Assembly (NCBI GenBank): GCA_000708835.1
Contig: DF237598.1
Location: 1-47,322 of the forward strand
Origin: Klebsormidium nitens
Taxonomy: Eukaryota; Plantae; Klebsormidiophyceae
Direction of reading: 5' to 3'
DNA: 47,322 nucleotides
In this document: positions 1 through 11,893 of the stretch, one piece after another
How positions within the stretch are numbered: position 1 is the first letter of the stretch
How the letters are laid out: the number at the start of each line of letters is the position of its first letter
Translations under genes and position numbers: made by a program
Notes under the pieces: model-generated
Told to the model about the DNA's origin: nothing
Seen by the model: the letters and a program-made list of their open reading frames with translations, nothing else
Databases searched by the model: none

Positions 1-818
1 TCCATTGTTTCATAAACTATCCTTGCCATTTTCACAAAGCTGGGAAACCCAGCGACCCTAATAATGCATGACTATGAATTCCATACATAACCATACAACG
101 TATTCATGTAGTTTCATCGCTTGTCAATAAACACGAGCGCTCCGAAGTACCGAGCCTATATCGCATGACACAGATCTGAATCTAGGTGTGCTGTAAGGTC
201 ATGGTGGGCCTAAACATACTTCCAAAGACTCCAAGGTGCATCAGTGCTGGCATGCATGCGTTGGATATAGCCATATACACGGAAATTGATAATGTGAGTT
301 GGAACTTGAAACGGCCGGCCTCCTATGTTGCCTTGTTGAAGCCTCAATTCTTGCAGAACAAGTACAAGCTCACTGATCCGCTGAGGAGCGCCGACCGCCC
401 ACTTTGAGGCACCTCCATGGGTGCGCTGCGAAATACACGGCATATGTATTTGGCAACCCTATACAACCCATGCATTTTCTAAATACGGTGTGATCACATC
501 GATCAGCACTAGTGACCAACGTCGCGGACAACCTCCAATCTGCAATTTTGATCAAGGACCGGAATCGGCCATCGTTTTGTATATAATAACCTCATAAGCT
601 GATGCATCAAGCCTGTTTCCACGTATGCAGCGCGTGCATCAGCAGAAACAAAGTCGAACATGATGCCTATATATTGTAAATCATCATATAGGACGTGTCG
701 GTTGCAAGACGTCCATGCAAATGAACTCCTGCGCGTTACTTGGTGCAACACGTTGGCATCAACCAACCCAGGCCCGCCCGTGTTCAGGACATGAGGAATC
801 AAGAATGTGCACGCTTTG

Positions 819-3800
819 TCATATCCAGCCCTGCTTGGGCTTGGTCTGCCGCCGCAGCGCCTCCTGGATCTGCGCCAGGATGGTCTCCTTCTCGATCTCC
901 GCCGCGTGCTGCGCCTTCTGCAGGCTCTCCACGATGGCCTGCCGTTCCCGTCGGAACACGTCTGCGCCACGACGACAAACATGGTCAGCCGTGCAACCAG
1001 AGGGCCGACCCAGAAGCCCTCGTACCAGGATAGAGGATCTTATGCACCACCCCAAAAAGCGAGGAGTCCAGCCAACAAGCAAAACGTTACAAGCGGTCAG
1101 CCACGAGGAAATTTCCCCGCCAGCCGTTTTTCCACCATCGTTCACCATCACGCCTATGCCCGCCCGGGATTCTCTGCCTATCGAAAGGCCACTTTGTCCA
1201 CCCCGAGCTGGCACATAGCGGCCACCTTCGCTCACCGGCCAGGTTGTCGAGCGACTCGAGGGGGTGGGGAGACGCGCGCGGCGCTGGGCTGCTCCGCGCG
1301 CTGCTGGGCAGGCTGCTGCTCGAGGCGCTCCCTCGCTCCGACTCCGCCCCGCTCGCGCCCGGCCACCCCGCGGGGTCGCCCTTCTCGTGCGGCAGCGCTG
1401 CCGGCTCCGCTTCGTCGCTGGCTCCGGGACGGGCGGGGCTTGCGTGCCGGACGGTGGGGCAGGCGCTGTGCATTTTGGACCGGGGCCTGCAAGCAAGCGG
1501 TGGTTGCGCCCATGAAGCGGAGCCAGTGGGATGCAGATCTACAAGTGTTGCTAGAAACGCTGATTCCGAAGCCAGGGGGCGCGAGAGTACCAAGCTTTAG
1601 ATTTGAAAGCTGCCTCGTCGAGTTCAAAAGGGGATGGGCGGCATCAAGGCCCTGCTAGCGCGCCAGGTACCGCTCACCGGTGACGCGTGTGCGGGCCATT
1701 GGCCGCGGCGGCGCCTCGCTCGTCGAACGCGAAGTAGCCGGGGAACTGCTGCCGGACCGCCTGCTCGATCCCTGCACCTCACCACGACACGACAGGAGCT
1801 GAGAGAAGGGATGGATGGAGAACATGGACAATTTTCGCCCTGATCCTTGCGGGCCCCCTGCTTGTACTACAAGCCCAGGGGATCGGCACTTAACTTCATT
1901 GAAAGGACCAATCGAAGCGCCAATTCGACAGGTTTTAGCAGAAGGGGGTTCTTGAAAGCTGGCCGGGTGTCCGCGTTCTCCTTCCAGCCATCCTGAGAAA
2001 AGTACGATCGCTGACAAACGCTCCTTCGCGAACATGCGTAGCCCCACCCGACCACCGGGCAAGCGCAAGCTTAGAAGCTTTCCGTGCTGTCAAAACGACG
2101 GCACCCAGGACGATTTCCGGCAAGAGATGCAGCAACTGGGCCCGCCATCGGTGAGCCAGCCAGCGCATCGCAGCAGTTGGAACAGCGGCGGCACTGGCAG
2201 GGAAAGGATTCGGTAAGTCGTCTCTCAACTCGTGATGGAGCTGGATCTCCGGCTCTGCCGCGCATGCGCACCTGCGTAGTAGTCGTCGGAGGCGGGGTCT
2301 AGCCCGCGCTCGACGAGGTGGTCGTGCGCGGCGTACGCGGCGAGCGTCATGGCGCTGTCACGGCCGAACCACGGGTTGCGCGCCGCGAACTCCTCTGCCT
2401 TGGGCTCCGCTTGCACAGCGCCGCCGCCCTCGTCCAGCACGGCACTCCACGCGGCCGCCCGCGGGCTCCGCCGGCCGTCCGCCAAGAACGGCAGCGGCTC
2501 GGGGGAGGGGGACGACTCCGCATGCCCGCCGGGTCTTGCGGGCTCACCCCGCCGCACATTGCCCCCTCGCGCCCCCCGCAATCTGCTTCCGCCCTCCTGT
2601 TTCTCTCTCCGGTGTTTGACAGGACTTGTATCTCTCCTGCTGCCGGGTGCAGGGCGGGCCGCCTGCGCCGCCCTGGCCTGCCTCTCTTTGTGTTGTGTCT
2701 CCTCCCGGCCCAGGCTGAGCGCGACATCCCCGTGCCCGCCCGCGGTCCCCCCTGCCGCCTGCGCCTGGCGGAGCGTCTCTTGGAAGTCCTTCTCCAGCGC
2801 GGCCAGCTGCGGGAAGCGCGCCAGCGGCAGCTCCTGCTGCGGCCGCCGCCGGGCCGGCTGCCCGTACGTGCTCTCCAGCCACCCGCCGTCCCCGCCCTTC
2901 CGTGAGGACCCGCTTCTGCCAGCCGGCCGCAAAGGCCGCGGCTTGCTGCGGCTAGGCGGGCTGGGCTCTCGGGCGTATCGCCTGCTGCCGTTCTGAGAGG
3001 TTAGCCCTGGCTGGTCTGTCCGCTTCGGTGAGGATCCCCCGGGGGTGCTGGACATGGACGGGGTGCCGGACGTGGAGGCCTGCCTCTCGGACGTCCGCCG
3101 CTCCGCCACGTTCGCCGCAGTCGCTCCAGCCGGAGCGCTGGGCGGCTCTTGCGGATCGCCGTCGGGAGGGGTTGCAAGAGGGCCCGCCGCCTTGAGCAGC
3201 TGCAGCTGCTCGTGCAGGTGCTCGTTTTCCTACAATGTCAAAACAGAATCCCCTTCTTGAACGTTGAGATGCCAGGATGCGGAAAGTCGAACGAGTTTGA
3301 TGCTAGGTATTGGTGGAGTCCATCGGCCATTTTGGGGAACAATTTGGACAAACGGTAGCAGCGTGTAGAGGAGGGTGAATTCAATGGCAGGACAAGCGTT
3401 GCGTCATAAGCCGCCCACTGGTGCAGCGCGCGCTGACCTGCTTGAGGCTGCGGATGGTGGAGCGCAGGTCGGCCAGCATCTGGTCCGCTGGGTCCAGCAC
3501 CACCACGGGGGCCGCGCGCACGTGCAGCGCCATGCTGCACACCGCAAAGAGCACCGTCAGCCGCCCAGTACCAGCGCTTGCGCTCCTATCTTATGGAATC
3601 TGCTGTCGGCCTCAACTGATGACGACCTCTGCTGAGCGCGAGAGTTTTCTGGACCGTGTCGCCCCACCGAAGGCTGGTGCCTGGCTCACCTGGCGTACTG
3701 CAGCGTCTGCAGCGTCTCCTCGGCACTGGCGGCGGTCGGAGAGCAGCACGCCAGCATCAAGGTGCGACCGCGGCCACTCAGGCCGTCCCCAAGAAGCTGC

Positions 3801-6152
3801 TAGGAGGAAAACGTAGCGTCAGGGCCAAGGCCGAAGGAAAGAAGCGTCGAAAGGCAGCAGCACAATCCGTGGGAGTCTTTTGAGAAGGGACGAGAAGCTA
3901 AAGCTTTGTCGTCAATGACTGTCACCACTTATAGTAAGCATGGGTGGGCGGCGCGGCGCACCTGTGTGAGCTTGCTGTCGCGGTAAGGCACAAAGCCCGA
4001 GAAGCTGCTGCGGCGGTGCGGCTGGCCGTCGCGACCCTTGCTGCTCAGTGCCGCCAAGACCTGCAAGAACGACACGCCAACCAGCACGTGAGCCACAGCC
4101 GACAGCCAACGAAGAAAACTCTGAGGAAAGCATCGGAGGCAACCCCTCAGCCATCAATGTTAGTAGGGGCTGACGTAAGCGCTTGGTCATTAGGGACTGG
4201 CGTACCTTGCCGAGCGTGAAGAGGCTGCGGTTGATGTTCCCCGTCTCCTGCAGCGACGGGCCGGCACTGCCGCTGTACTTGAGGCGCTCGCTGCCAGCCA
4301 GGTCCACGAAGCACAGCCGCCCCTGCCTGGGCCGGGGGCCGCAGCAAGTGTCAGCAGCCGGAACGAGGAAACAAGCTCCAAACTTGTGGCAGACCTCTGA
4401 TACAAGTAGTCAATGGAACCCGACGAGGAGTCAGTGGCAGCTGGCAGGAGAACTTACCTTCTAGGGCCAGGGGCGGATCCGTTGAGCTGTCCTGGGGGTG
4501 CGCTTGTGGGGATGTGGAGGGTGACGAGACAGTGGCTCCGGCTGGAGCACGCGTTCATCTGCTGGGCTCGCACACTGCGCCGCGCCAGGCCTGCCGGGTA
4601 AAGCGGGATAGTACTTGTTCAAAGCACGTAAAAAAGAAACATGACACGGTATGAACGTTTCGCAAGTCAGGCCCACAACCCGTCTGCATAGGGGCAGAAC
4701 CTTTTTCTACTCAAGCGAGTCCTCACCTCGGCGCAGTGCCTTGACGGCGTCCTGGATGGTGGGGCAGGGCAGCAGCAGGAGGCCGTCAGCGTAGAAGCCG
4801 CGGCTGGAGGAGTGGCGCACCGGCAGGGGCTCGCTCTTGGCGCTGGCCAGCAGGTCCACCACCTGGGGGGGCAACCGCCGGGGTGCGCTTAGGAGATGGC
4901 ATGTGCAAGAAAGTGCAACAGATCTTGTGGCGACCTGGCAAGATTCATGTGCTCATCTACTCTTTTTCAAAGAAAGTGCAATGGCTGAGGTTGCGCTGGG
5001 TGTAGCCAGGCCTACCTTCTCATTGTAGATCTCCATGATGGACATGGAGGGGTTATACTGCACGCCTCCCTCCGCCTGCCCTGACTTCATCTGCGCATAC
5101 GCCTCATGGAGAGCGCGGGGGAGCAGGCCGTCCTCAGAGCCGGAGACGGCAGCCCCAGAGGTGGCGCCAGGCTCAGGGGTGCCGGCAGGCCAGCTGCCCC
5201 CTTCTGGCATGGTGCGGGAAGTGCCGAGCAGGGAGTGCGTCTTGCCCGCGCCAGTCTGAGGGGCAAGCAGGGAGTGAGGAGGGTAGCAAGGGGGGTTCCA
5301 GGATCAGCGGGACTGCACTGACGTGGTGGCAGCCGAACAAAGCACCCTGACATTCTCGGCCGCCTACAAACGGGAAAGCGCGAGGATCTAGCATTGAGGA
5401 GCGGATGTGGGCAGGTTTGCGGAGCTGCAACCTAGAAGTCATAGGTTGGCAGTCAGCCAACCGTATTATAGTGTTCGGAGGGCACTCTGGTGTGAAGTCA
5501 CCTGGCCAAAGGCGAATGTGGTGACGGCGTATCCGGCAAGCGCCTCCTTGACCAGCGCTGACATCTGGCACGCCGCATAGACTGCCGCCTGCAATTTTGA
5601 GGAGGTGCCCAACGAAGTCAGAGACTTTAGGGAGGAGGAGAAGGGTCTGGTCATACTGCAGTTGATGAAACAGAAGCAGCCCATGCCGTGTGCCCAAGCA
5701 TGGTGGGGCCGTCCACAGTAACATGCCTTGACAGTCTGGCAGCTCTCACCTGGCCTGCATCACCGTCCAGGCAGGCCCCAAAGTCAAAATGCTTTGCTGT
5801 GGTTGTGGGACGGGTGAGCGCGGTGGTGGCGTCCTGGTACAAAGGGTCCTTGAGGCGCTCGCGCTGCCAGCACACCTGCCACACCGCCACCGTCACAGCT
5901 CAGGACCGCAATCTAGCTGGCCAATGCGGCTGCGGATCACCTGAGGCTCGAAGATGGCAGGGCGAGCGAAGCATGCAACATACATGCAGGCAGCAGCCTC
6001 ACCTGGATGCGACCGTCTGTACAGGTGACGGCCAGCTTCTCATCCCTCTCTGCTGGCCCCACAGGTGGCCGTACTCGAACAACCACAGCAATGTGAGCCG
6101 CCGCATGGGGACCTGCGGGGTCCAACTCCGATTCGGCTGGTGCGGCTGCCAT
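819..6152 (-). CDS. Multi-exon kinesin: N-terminal motor, most like KIF12/kinesin-16, then coiled coil and a long low-complexity tail with a phage-like domain
   Basis: ATG at 6152 ([17 protein letters not shown]). GT-AG splicing gives the P-loop FAFGQ|[14 protein letters not shown]|[13 protein letters not shown], switch [10 protein letters not shown], switch [37 protein letters not shown] and [25 protein letters not shown]|ENEHL. The frame continues through ~3229-2272, 1771-1678, ~1488-1228 and ~961-819 (..KPKQGWI*). Subfamily is inferred from the RGFY motif and the VVLDP neck. Confidence 0.9.
1731..2413 (-). other. Compact ~60-aa domain in the kinesin tail, split by a phase-1 intron (1772-2271); resembles a C-terminal domain of hypothetical proteins of uncultured tailed phages
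   Basis: Spliced peptide [47 protein letters not shown]|[14 protein letters not shown]. It is aromatic-rich and ordered inside a disordered tail. It matches a recalled phage pattern PKAExWAxxNxWFGxDxAMTxxAxxxHxxLVxxGxDPxSDEYYxxIDxRxRxxFPxxF. Not verified by a search. Confidence 0.6.
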
Positions 6153-6849
6153 CTTATCCAGCTTTCAGCTGCGTTTGCTCCTTCTTCGCATGGCTCTATC
6201 TCCTGGGCTACGTCCCCTGGTCAAGCGAAATAGGGCCCGGGACAAAACATTGACCAGCTAGTCCAGCGGGTCATTGTATGTTGAGAGTAATGCCAAACTA
6301 GAGCTGAAGAGCTTCAGCCGAAGAGCTGACTCTGTTGCCTTTCCTGTCAACAGTGCAAAGCAATACAGAGCTGAAAGGACGCCATGGCCCATCGTCTTCT
6401 CTTGATTTCGACCGGACACCATTGTCCATCAGCGCATTAGGGTTCACACATGTGCAGATGCAGGGTTCTGCGCACCGAAGAAGTACATGATGACGATGAT
6501 GCTCATGGTAAATGGACGGTCGATTTGTTTCCACTTTATCGATCCTACGGACGTGGACAAAGAGCTTCTGGCTGCGCGCGCGAAAAGGGTAGACACTACC
6601 GGTGGATGGTGCAAGTTGGTGCAAGCCACCCATGTAGCATTCGTGAGTAGGTAAGTTAACAACTAGGTCCTAGGAGCAGCGAAACAGGCCCCTATTTATG
6701 ACAATGTCCTTGCAATCTTTGACAGAACGTTTTCGCTCAGCAGAAGTTTCAGCAAATATTGTGCTCGCGTTCCTTGCATTCTCCTCTTCGATTAAGGGTA
6801 TGGGGTTGAGCTGAGATTAGGTAGGATAGATTGTCAGATCGATATCACC
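6153..6849. promoter_or_regulatory. Probable bidirectional promoter/5' UTR region between the kinesin and the CEP83-like gene; contains telo-box-like TTAGGGTT at 6437-6444
   Basis: Divergent ATGs at 6152 (-) and 6850 (+) lie about 700 bp apart. The motif is read directly from the sequence. Confidence 0.5.
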
Positions 6850-9800
6850 ATGGGCGACTCTGATCAGAGCGACGATGAAGAAGGCTCCCTTAGAAGAGCG
6901 TTTGAGCACGTAAAGTCACTGCGGGACGAGAACGCGGTTCTGCGGCAGAACTTTGAAGACGTGAGCTCGCCTTCACAGAAACCTGAAGAGCTGCTAGCTG
7001 AATAAAGTGGCAGACAGCACGACTTTGCAAAGCCATGCGCATTGGGGCTGCTTGCCACCTCGACCACTTTCAACATGTGGTGGTACCTTCATGGTCAATG
7101 CTTGTGACTATCTTGCATGCACTTAAAACGATGGCAACCAATGTCAGCATTATGGAAGGAGTAGCGGCGCAAACCAGCAGCTCAGAGCTACAATGAGTCA
7201 CCCTCAGGGCATCTCAGTACACGTAAGCTAAAGCACGTCGAGCTGTCACGGCACTCTCTTGAAAGGTTAGCACCGTCGTACCATTCTAAAAATGCAGTCA
7301 ATGCTGAGCCTGTGATTGTTTGCAGTTGAAGGCCTTGTACGCGACATGCCTGAGTGAGAAGGAACAGCTTGGAGCTCAGCATGCTGCAACGCAGGAGGAC
7401 ATGGTAAGGCCTCCCTCCCGCTGTGTGCCACCTCCTTCAAAAATGCTTGAGAATGCTACTTTTGCGATAGACAAAGTTTTGATCGCTCGGGCAGCTTGGC
7501 CCACCGTCTAGGTTAGCAGCCTGTGCGCCCTGGTCTTCCATTCACGCATTTGTTGGGGCTGGTGCAGCGCCACCAGGAGCGCCGCTATGAGGAGCTGTGT
7601 GAGCGGTGGCGCGGCGAACTGGAAAGCAGGCAGCGGGAGCTAGAGGATGCACAAAGACACGTTATGACAGCAGAGTGAGCAGGACGCTGGCCACAGGATA
7701 AGCTTCTTACTTGCTAAGTTGCCCAATAAGTCCTGACAGTCCCTGTTTGGCTCCACCGTCATAAAAGGTGGTGGCGTTCTTGATTCCTTCATTCTTGATG
7801 GCACCTCCGCTGGTGGCCCCTCGCAGTGGCTCCTCTTTGAGAGCTCGTGAATGGGTGCAGGGACGTGGAGGCGCTGCGCCTGCGCATGGTGGAGCAGCTG
7901 GAGGGCCCCCATCGTGCGCGCTGCACGGCGCTCGAGCAGGTGCGGCTTTAAGGAGAGGAGGCGTGCACGCTATGCCGCCTTGCACAACCAGCACCTGAAG
8001 CATGCTCTTGCCTGGAACAGGTGCAAGATGGCTGGCACTGTATATGCATCCCTGGCAGGAGCAGCTGCGCACCGCTGGCAAACCTTACTGATGATCATCT
8101 GACCGGTCATGTAAGACACCATCTAGAACTTGCTGCCAAGAAACACGGATGCTGCTGTGTTGTGTACCAGGAGGCCGAGGTGGCCCATCAGCAGGCGGTG
8201 CAAGCGCGGCGCGAGGCGGAGCGGCTGCAGATGGACATGGAAGCACAGGTACGACCAGACTCCCGCAAGTGGCAGCCTCCGCCAGCACTACCCTGATATC
8301 GATGTCTAGTGCTGGGCATACGCATGCGCTTGCCTTTGCAGTTTGTGCGACCCTCCTGGTGTTTGGCAGTGTGATTCGAAACAGTTGATGGCAACAGGTC
8401 CTGTGATGTCATTCAAGCGGCCTTGCAAGAAAGCCTGCAAGAACCACCTTAAGTCCCATGTTAAGCAGCCAAGGGCCGGCCTGCTATGTACAGGTGGCCC
8501 GCGCCACGCAGGCGCTGCTGGCCAGAGTGCACGAGCTTGAAGCAAGCGAGAGGGCTAAAGACACGCAGGTGCAGCGGCTCACAAGCGAAGCAGGTAGGAG
8601 GTTCGGGCCCTGTCGTGCAGCTTTCGGCTGTGGGTCCTCATGTGCGTGCATAACTGGCCGTTTTGTTTGGGTTCGTGTCCCTCAAGCAGGCCTATCTCAC
8701 ACCCTGCCTGTCAGCAAGGCTCAAAGCTTTGTGCGCTTCGGGCATCGATCTCGGGGCAACACTTCAATCGCCACGTCTCTCACCTGTGCTGTGTCTCTGC
8801 TGCTGCAGCCGTGCACCAGGGCGGCGCTGAGCGGTGCGCTGCGTTGGAGCGGCAGGTGGAGGCGGGCCGGGCGGAGCGGGGAGCGCTGCTGCGCGAGGTG
8901 GAGCAGGTGCGCAGCGACAAGGAACGAGCGGTGGTGGACAAGGAGCGGGCCAGCATTGAAGCGGAGCGGCAGGCGCACACACTGCGGGCGGAGGCGGCGC
9001 AGCAGCGGCGACAGCTGGAGGCCGCGCGGCGGCGCTGCCAGCACCTGGAGAGCGAGGCCCAGCAGGCGGGGGCGGAGCGGGAGGCAGCGCGCCAGCGCGT
9101 GGGGCAGCTGGAGCAGGAGCACCAGCGCGCCTCCGCGGGGGCCGAGAGGACCATCCACACTCTTGAGTGAGCGCTGCCCCCGCCCCTCCGCTGCGGCAAA
9201 AGCCTGGAGCGAACACACATGGTGGAGCGCATTTCCAGTGCCCAGGCCCTTGTGAAGAGCATCGCTGTCTCGTTGGAGCTGCCTGTCAGCCAGACGTCCT
9301 ACGTGAGAGCCGGGTGGACAATAATAGGAACCCTGCCCCGTGCCTCCGTCTCAGGTCCGCGGTGTTCGACTTAGAGGCGCGGCTGGAGGCAGCGATGCAG
9401 GAGGGGGAGGAGCAGCAGCGGGAGCAGCAGGCGGCGCTGGAGGAGAAAGAGGCGCTCATCGCGGGGCTGGAGGAAGCGCACCGCGAGCAAACGGCCACCC
9501 TCTCCCAGGACTGCGCGCGCAAGGTCGGCCGCCGACAGCCACTCATCGGAGGCTTATTGCCTCGCGCCGCGAGTACTTGTGCTGAAGATATGAGGCTGTT
9601 GGCAGTGGTGGCAGTCTGTCCGGGAACCAGGCATTACACTGTGGTTGGACTTGGGGCAATACTAGAGTTCAAAACATGTAGCCAATGCGCATTGACCAGT
9701 TGAATCTCTTGTTGGCGTTGACAAAACCGGAGCAATATCAACATGGCGGGTGCTTCTCGACTCGAGGGACTGTCTTGGCTACCAAAAAGCGGAGGGTGGG

Positions 9801-11893
9801 ATTTCAGCCAAGGTCGAAACGGTTTCCAGTAGAAGTGCCCCTTCCAATTCTTGTCCGGGTGTTTCTAGCTTCCAACGACCAAGTGCAATGAGGGCGAAGC
9901 GAGATTGTAGCTTTCCCTGTGGTGAGCGTGGGGCGTGGCGTGCAGGTGCAGGACGAAGAGGAGCGACAACGCGCTTTGCGGCGCAGCCTGGAGGGGGAGG
10001 CCGCCGACCTGCGCGCCGCAGTGACGGCCCTGGAGGAGGCTGCACGCATAGCGGAAGCGCGCCACGCGGACCAGCGGGAGGCCGCGCAGCGCGAGCTGGA
10101 GGGGGCGCGGCGGCAGGTGCAGGAGGGGGAACTGGAGCGGGCGGCGCTGCGCGGCGCGGCGGCCCAAGCACGGCACGACAAGGAGCAGGCGGACAGCGAG
10201 GCGGCCGCGGCCAGGCAGGACGCGGCGACGGCAGAGGGGGAGAGCGAGGCGGCAAGGGAGCGGCAGCGGGAAACAGAGCAGGCGCTCCGTGAAACGAAGT
10301 GAGCCGAGCGTTTGCATGGCACCACTGTAAACAAGCAGGCAGTCCGTTGCACGGATGGAGCGCTAGGGACTGTCCTTTTGCCCTACGGTAAAGGATGGCT
10401 TTGCCAGTGAACTTCGAGGCACGCGGCACTCTCAATATGATGTCGAGCAACAGCGATCTTGCTTCTTATGCCGAATGTTATTCGACAGGTAGGAGTCGTC
10501 AGGTTCCCTTTGAAGATGCCGATTGGCTGCCACCAGGTTTGAGCCTCGGAGGATGTTGTGTCGGCAGCCCGGCAGGGCGGCCTGCTGCTACTTGTCGTGA
10601 CGCTAAGCGGGCCGCGTGCGCGGTGCAGGCAGGAGTGCGACCGGCTGCAGCAGAGGCTGGAGCGCACGGAGCGACAGCTGGCGGAACTGGCGGCGGTGGC
10701 GGCAACGGAAAGGGAAGAGCTGCAGGCACAGCTCGAGGCGGAGAAGGTAGGCCCGCGGCCCGCTGTGGCCTCTTCTGCAAAGTGCGGGTAGAAGAAGCGC
10801 TGCCCTTCTTGAGTACGCTTGTGGACGCAGTCCAGTCTAGGCAGGAGATCAATTCATGCTTGAACAGCTGCGTCCTGTCATCATGCGTCCCGGCCAAAGC
10901 ACAAAGCAAGGTTTTGTGTATGGAGTGCTACGACCCTGGACGACGAGGGTGAGGCCTTGCTCGAGCTCCGGCGCCGCCCGCTTTGGGCCCCTGGTGACCC
11001 ACTCCGCCTAGCTGTGTTCCGCCGTGCAGCTCATCCAGTACGAGAGGGGACACAGGAGCGGCCGCGAGGAGGCGCAGCGGGCAGCAAGCGCTGCCGCCGA
11101 CCGGGAAGCGGCCAAAGTGGCCGCGTTGAAGAAGGTAGGCGGGAAGCAGCTAATGCCAACGAGGAACCGACCGCTACTTTGGCGAGACTCGTTCTCGAGG
11201 TAGGAGCTGGGAAGCAGTTTACAAAACCTCCGGACCAATAAGGCGCTGAGTCCTACTTGCTTCTTAACGCCTGGGCTTCCTACTCGTGCAACAAAAGAAT
11301 AAAATTGCAACTCGAAACCCTGAGCGTCCTGTTAAGCGCCGGACTGGCCGGGGAGGCCTCACTCGAGATGGCGTGTGCGTGTGCAGAAGCTGCAGCAGCA
11401 CCGGCAGCTGCTGGCCGGCGTCGCGGCGGAGACAGCCGTCGCAGGGGGCCGACCAGCGGGAAACGCCCACTGGCCCGCGGAAAAGCAGGTGAGTCCCACT
11501 GCGTCAGCACGGTACGCACGTCCCTCGCGATGCGGCCAGGATAGAAACTCAGCCAATCGAGGTCCGGGCAAGTTGTCGTGTGCACTTGCTGGCCATTTGC
11601 TTGCCGAAAAGCCCAAAAAGTAATAAGACAAACAATGAATCGAGTCGACCATGAGAGCCGACAATGAGCGCCGAGCAATATGAGGGCCGAGAGTTTCCTT
11701 GGGGTCGCCTAGAGCTTTCCTGGAGAGCGCTTTGTCTGCACTCCTGACTCACCTGTGCGTGTACGTTTTGCAGAGCAGAGGCCGGTCAGGTGTCGCTGCC
11801 GACGCGGGCGGGAAGGCGAGCTGGGAGACGGCGTGGTACCGGAGCCAGATTGACATGCTGCGGGACAGGCAGGCCGCCTTCCTCCATACATGA
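6850..11893 (+). CDS. CEP83: CEP83/CCDC41-like long coiled-coil protein (centriole distal appendage/transition fibre), multi-exon
   Basis: ATG at 6850, exons joined in phase by GT-AG introns, stop at 11893 (..DRQAAFLHT*). Spliced WRGELESRQRELEDAQRHVMTAEDVEALRLRMVEQLEGPHRARCTALEQEAE aligns without gaps to recalled human CEP83 [61 protein letters not shown] resembles CEP83 EKLQRAAIA. Confidence 0.7.

Noticed and set aside
807-1658. 283-aa plus-strand ORF and other long ORFs over the kinesin tail
   Set aside because: Antisense or off-frame shadows of GC-rich exons. Arg/Pro/Ala-rich with no family motif.
8086-8103. TGATGA..CTGA box C/D-like words in a CEP83 intron
   Set aside because: The boxes are only a few nt apart, far too short for a snoRNA. 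Other TGATGA hits lack a matching D box or are on the wrong strand.
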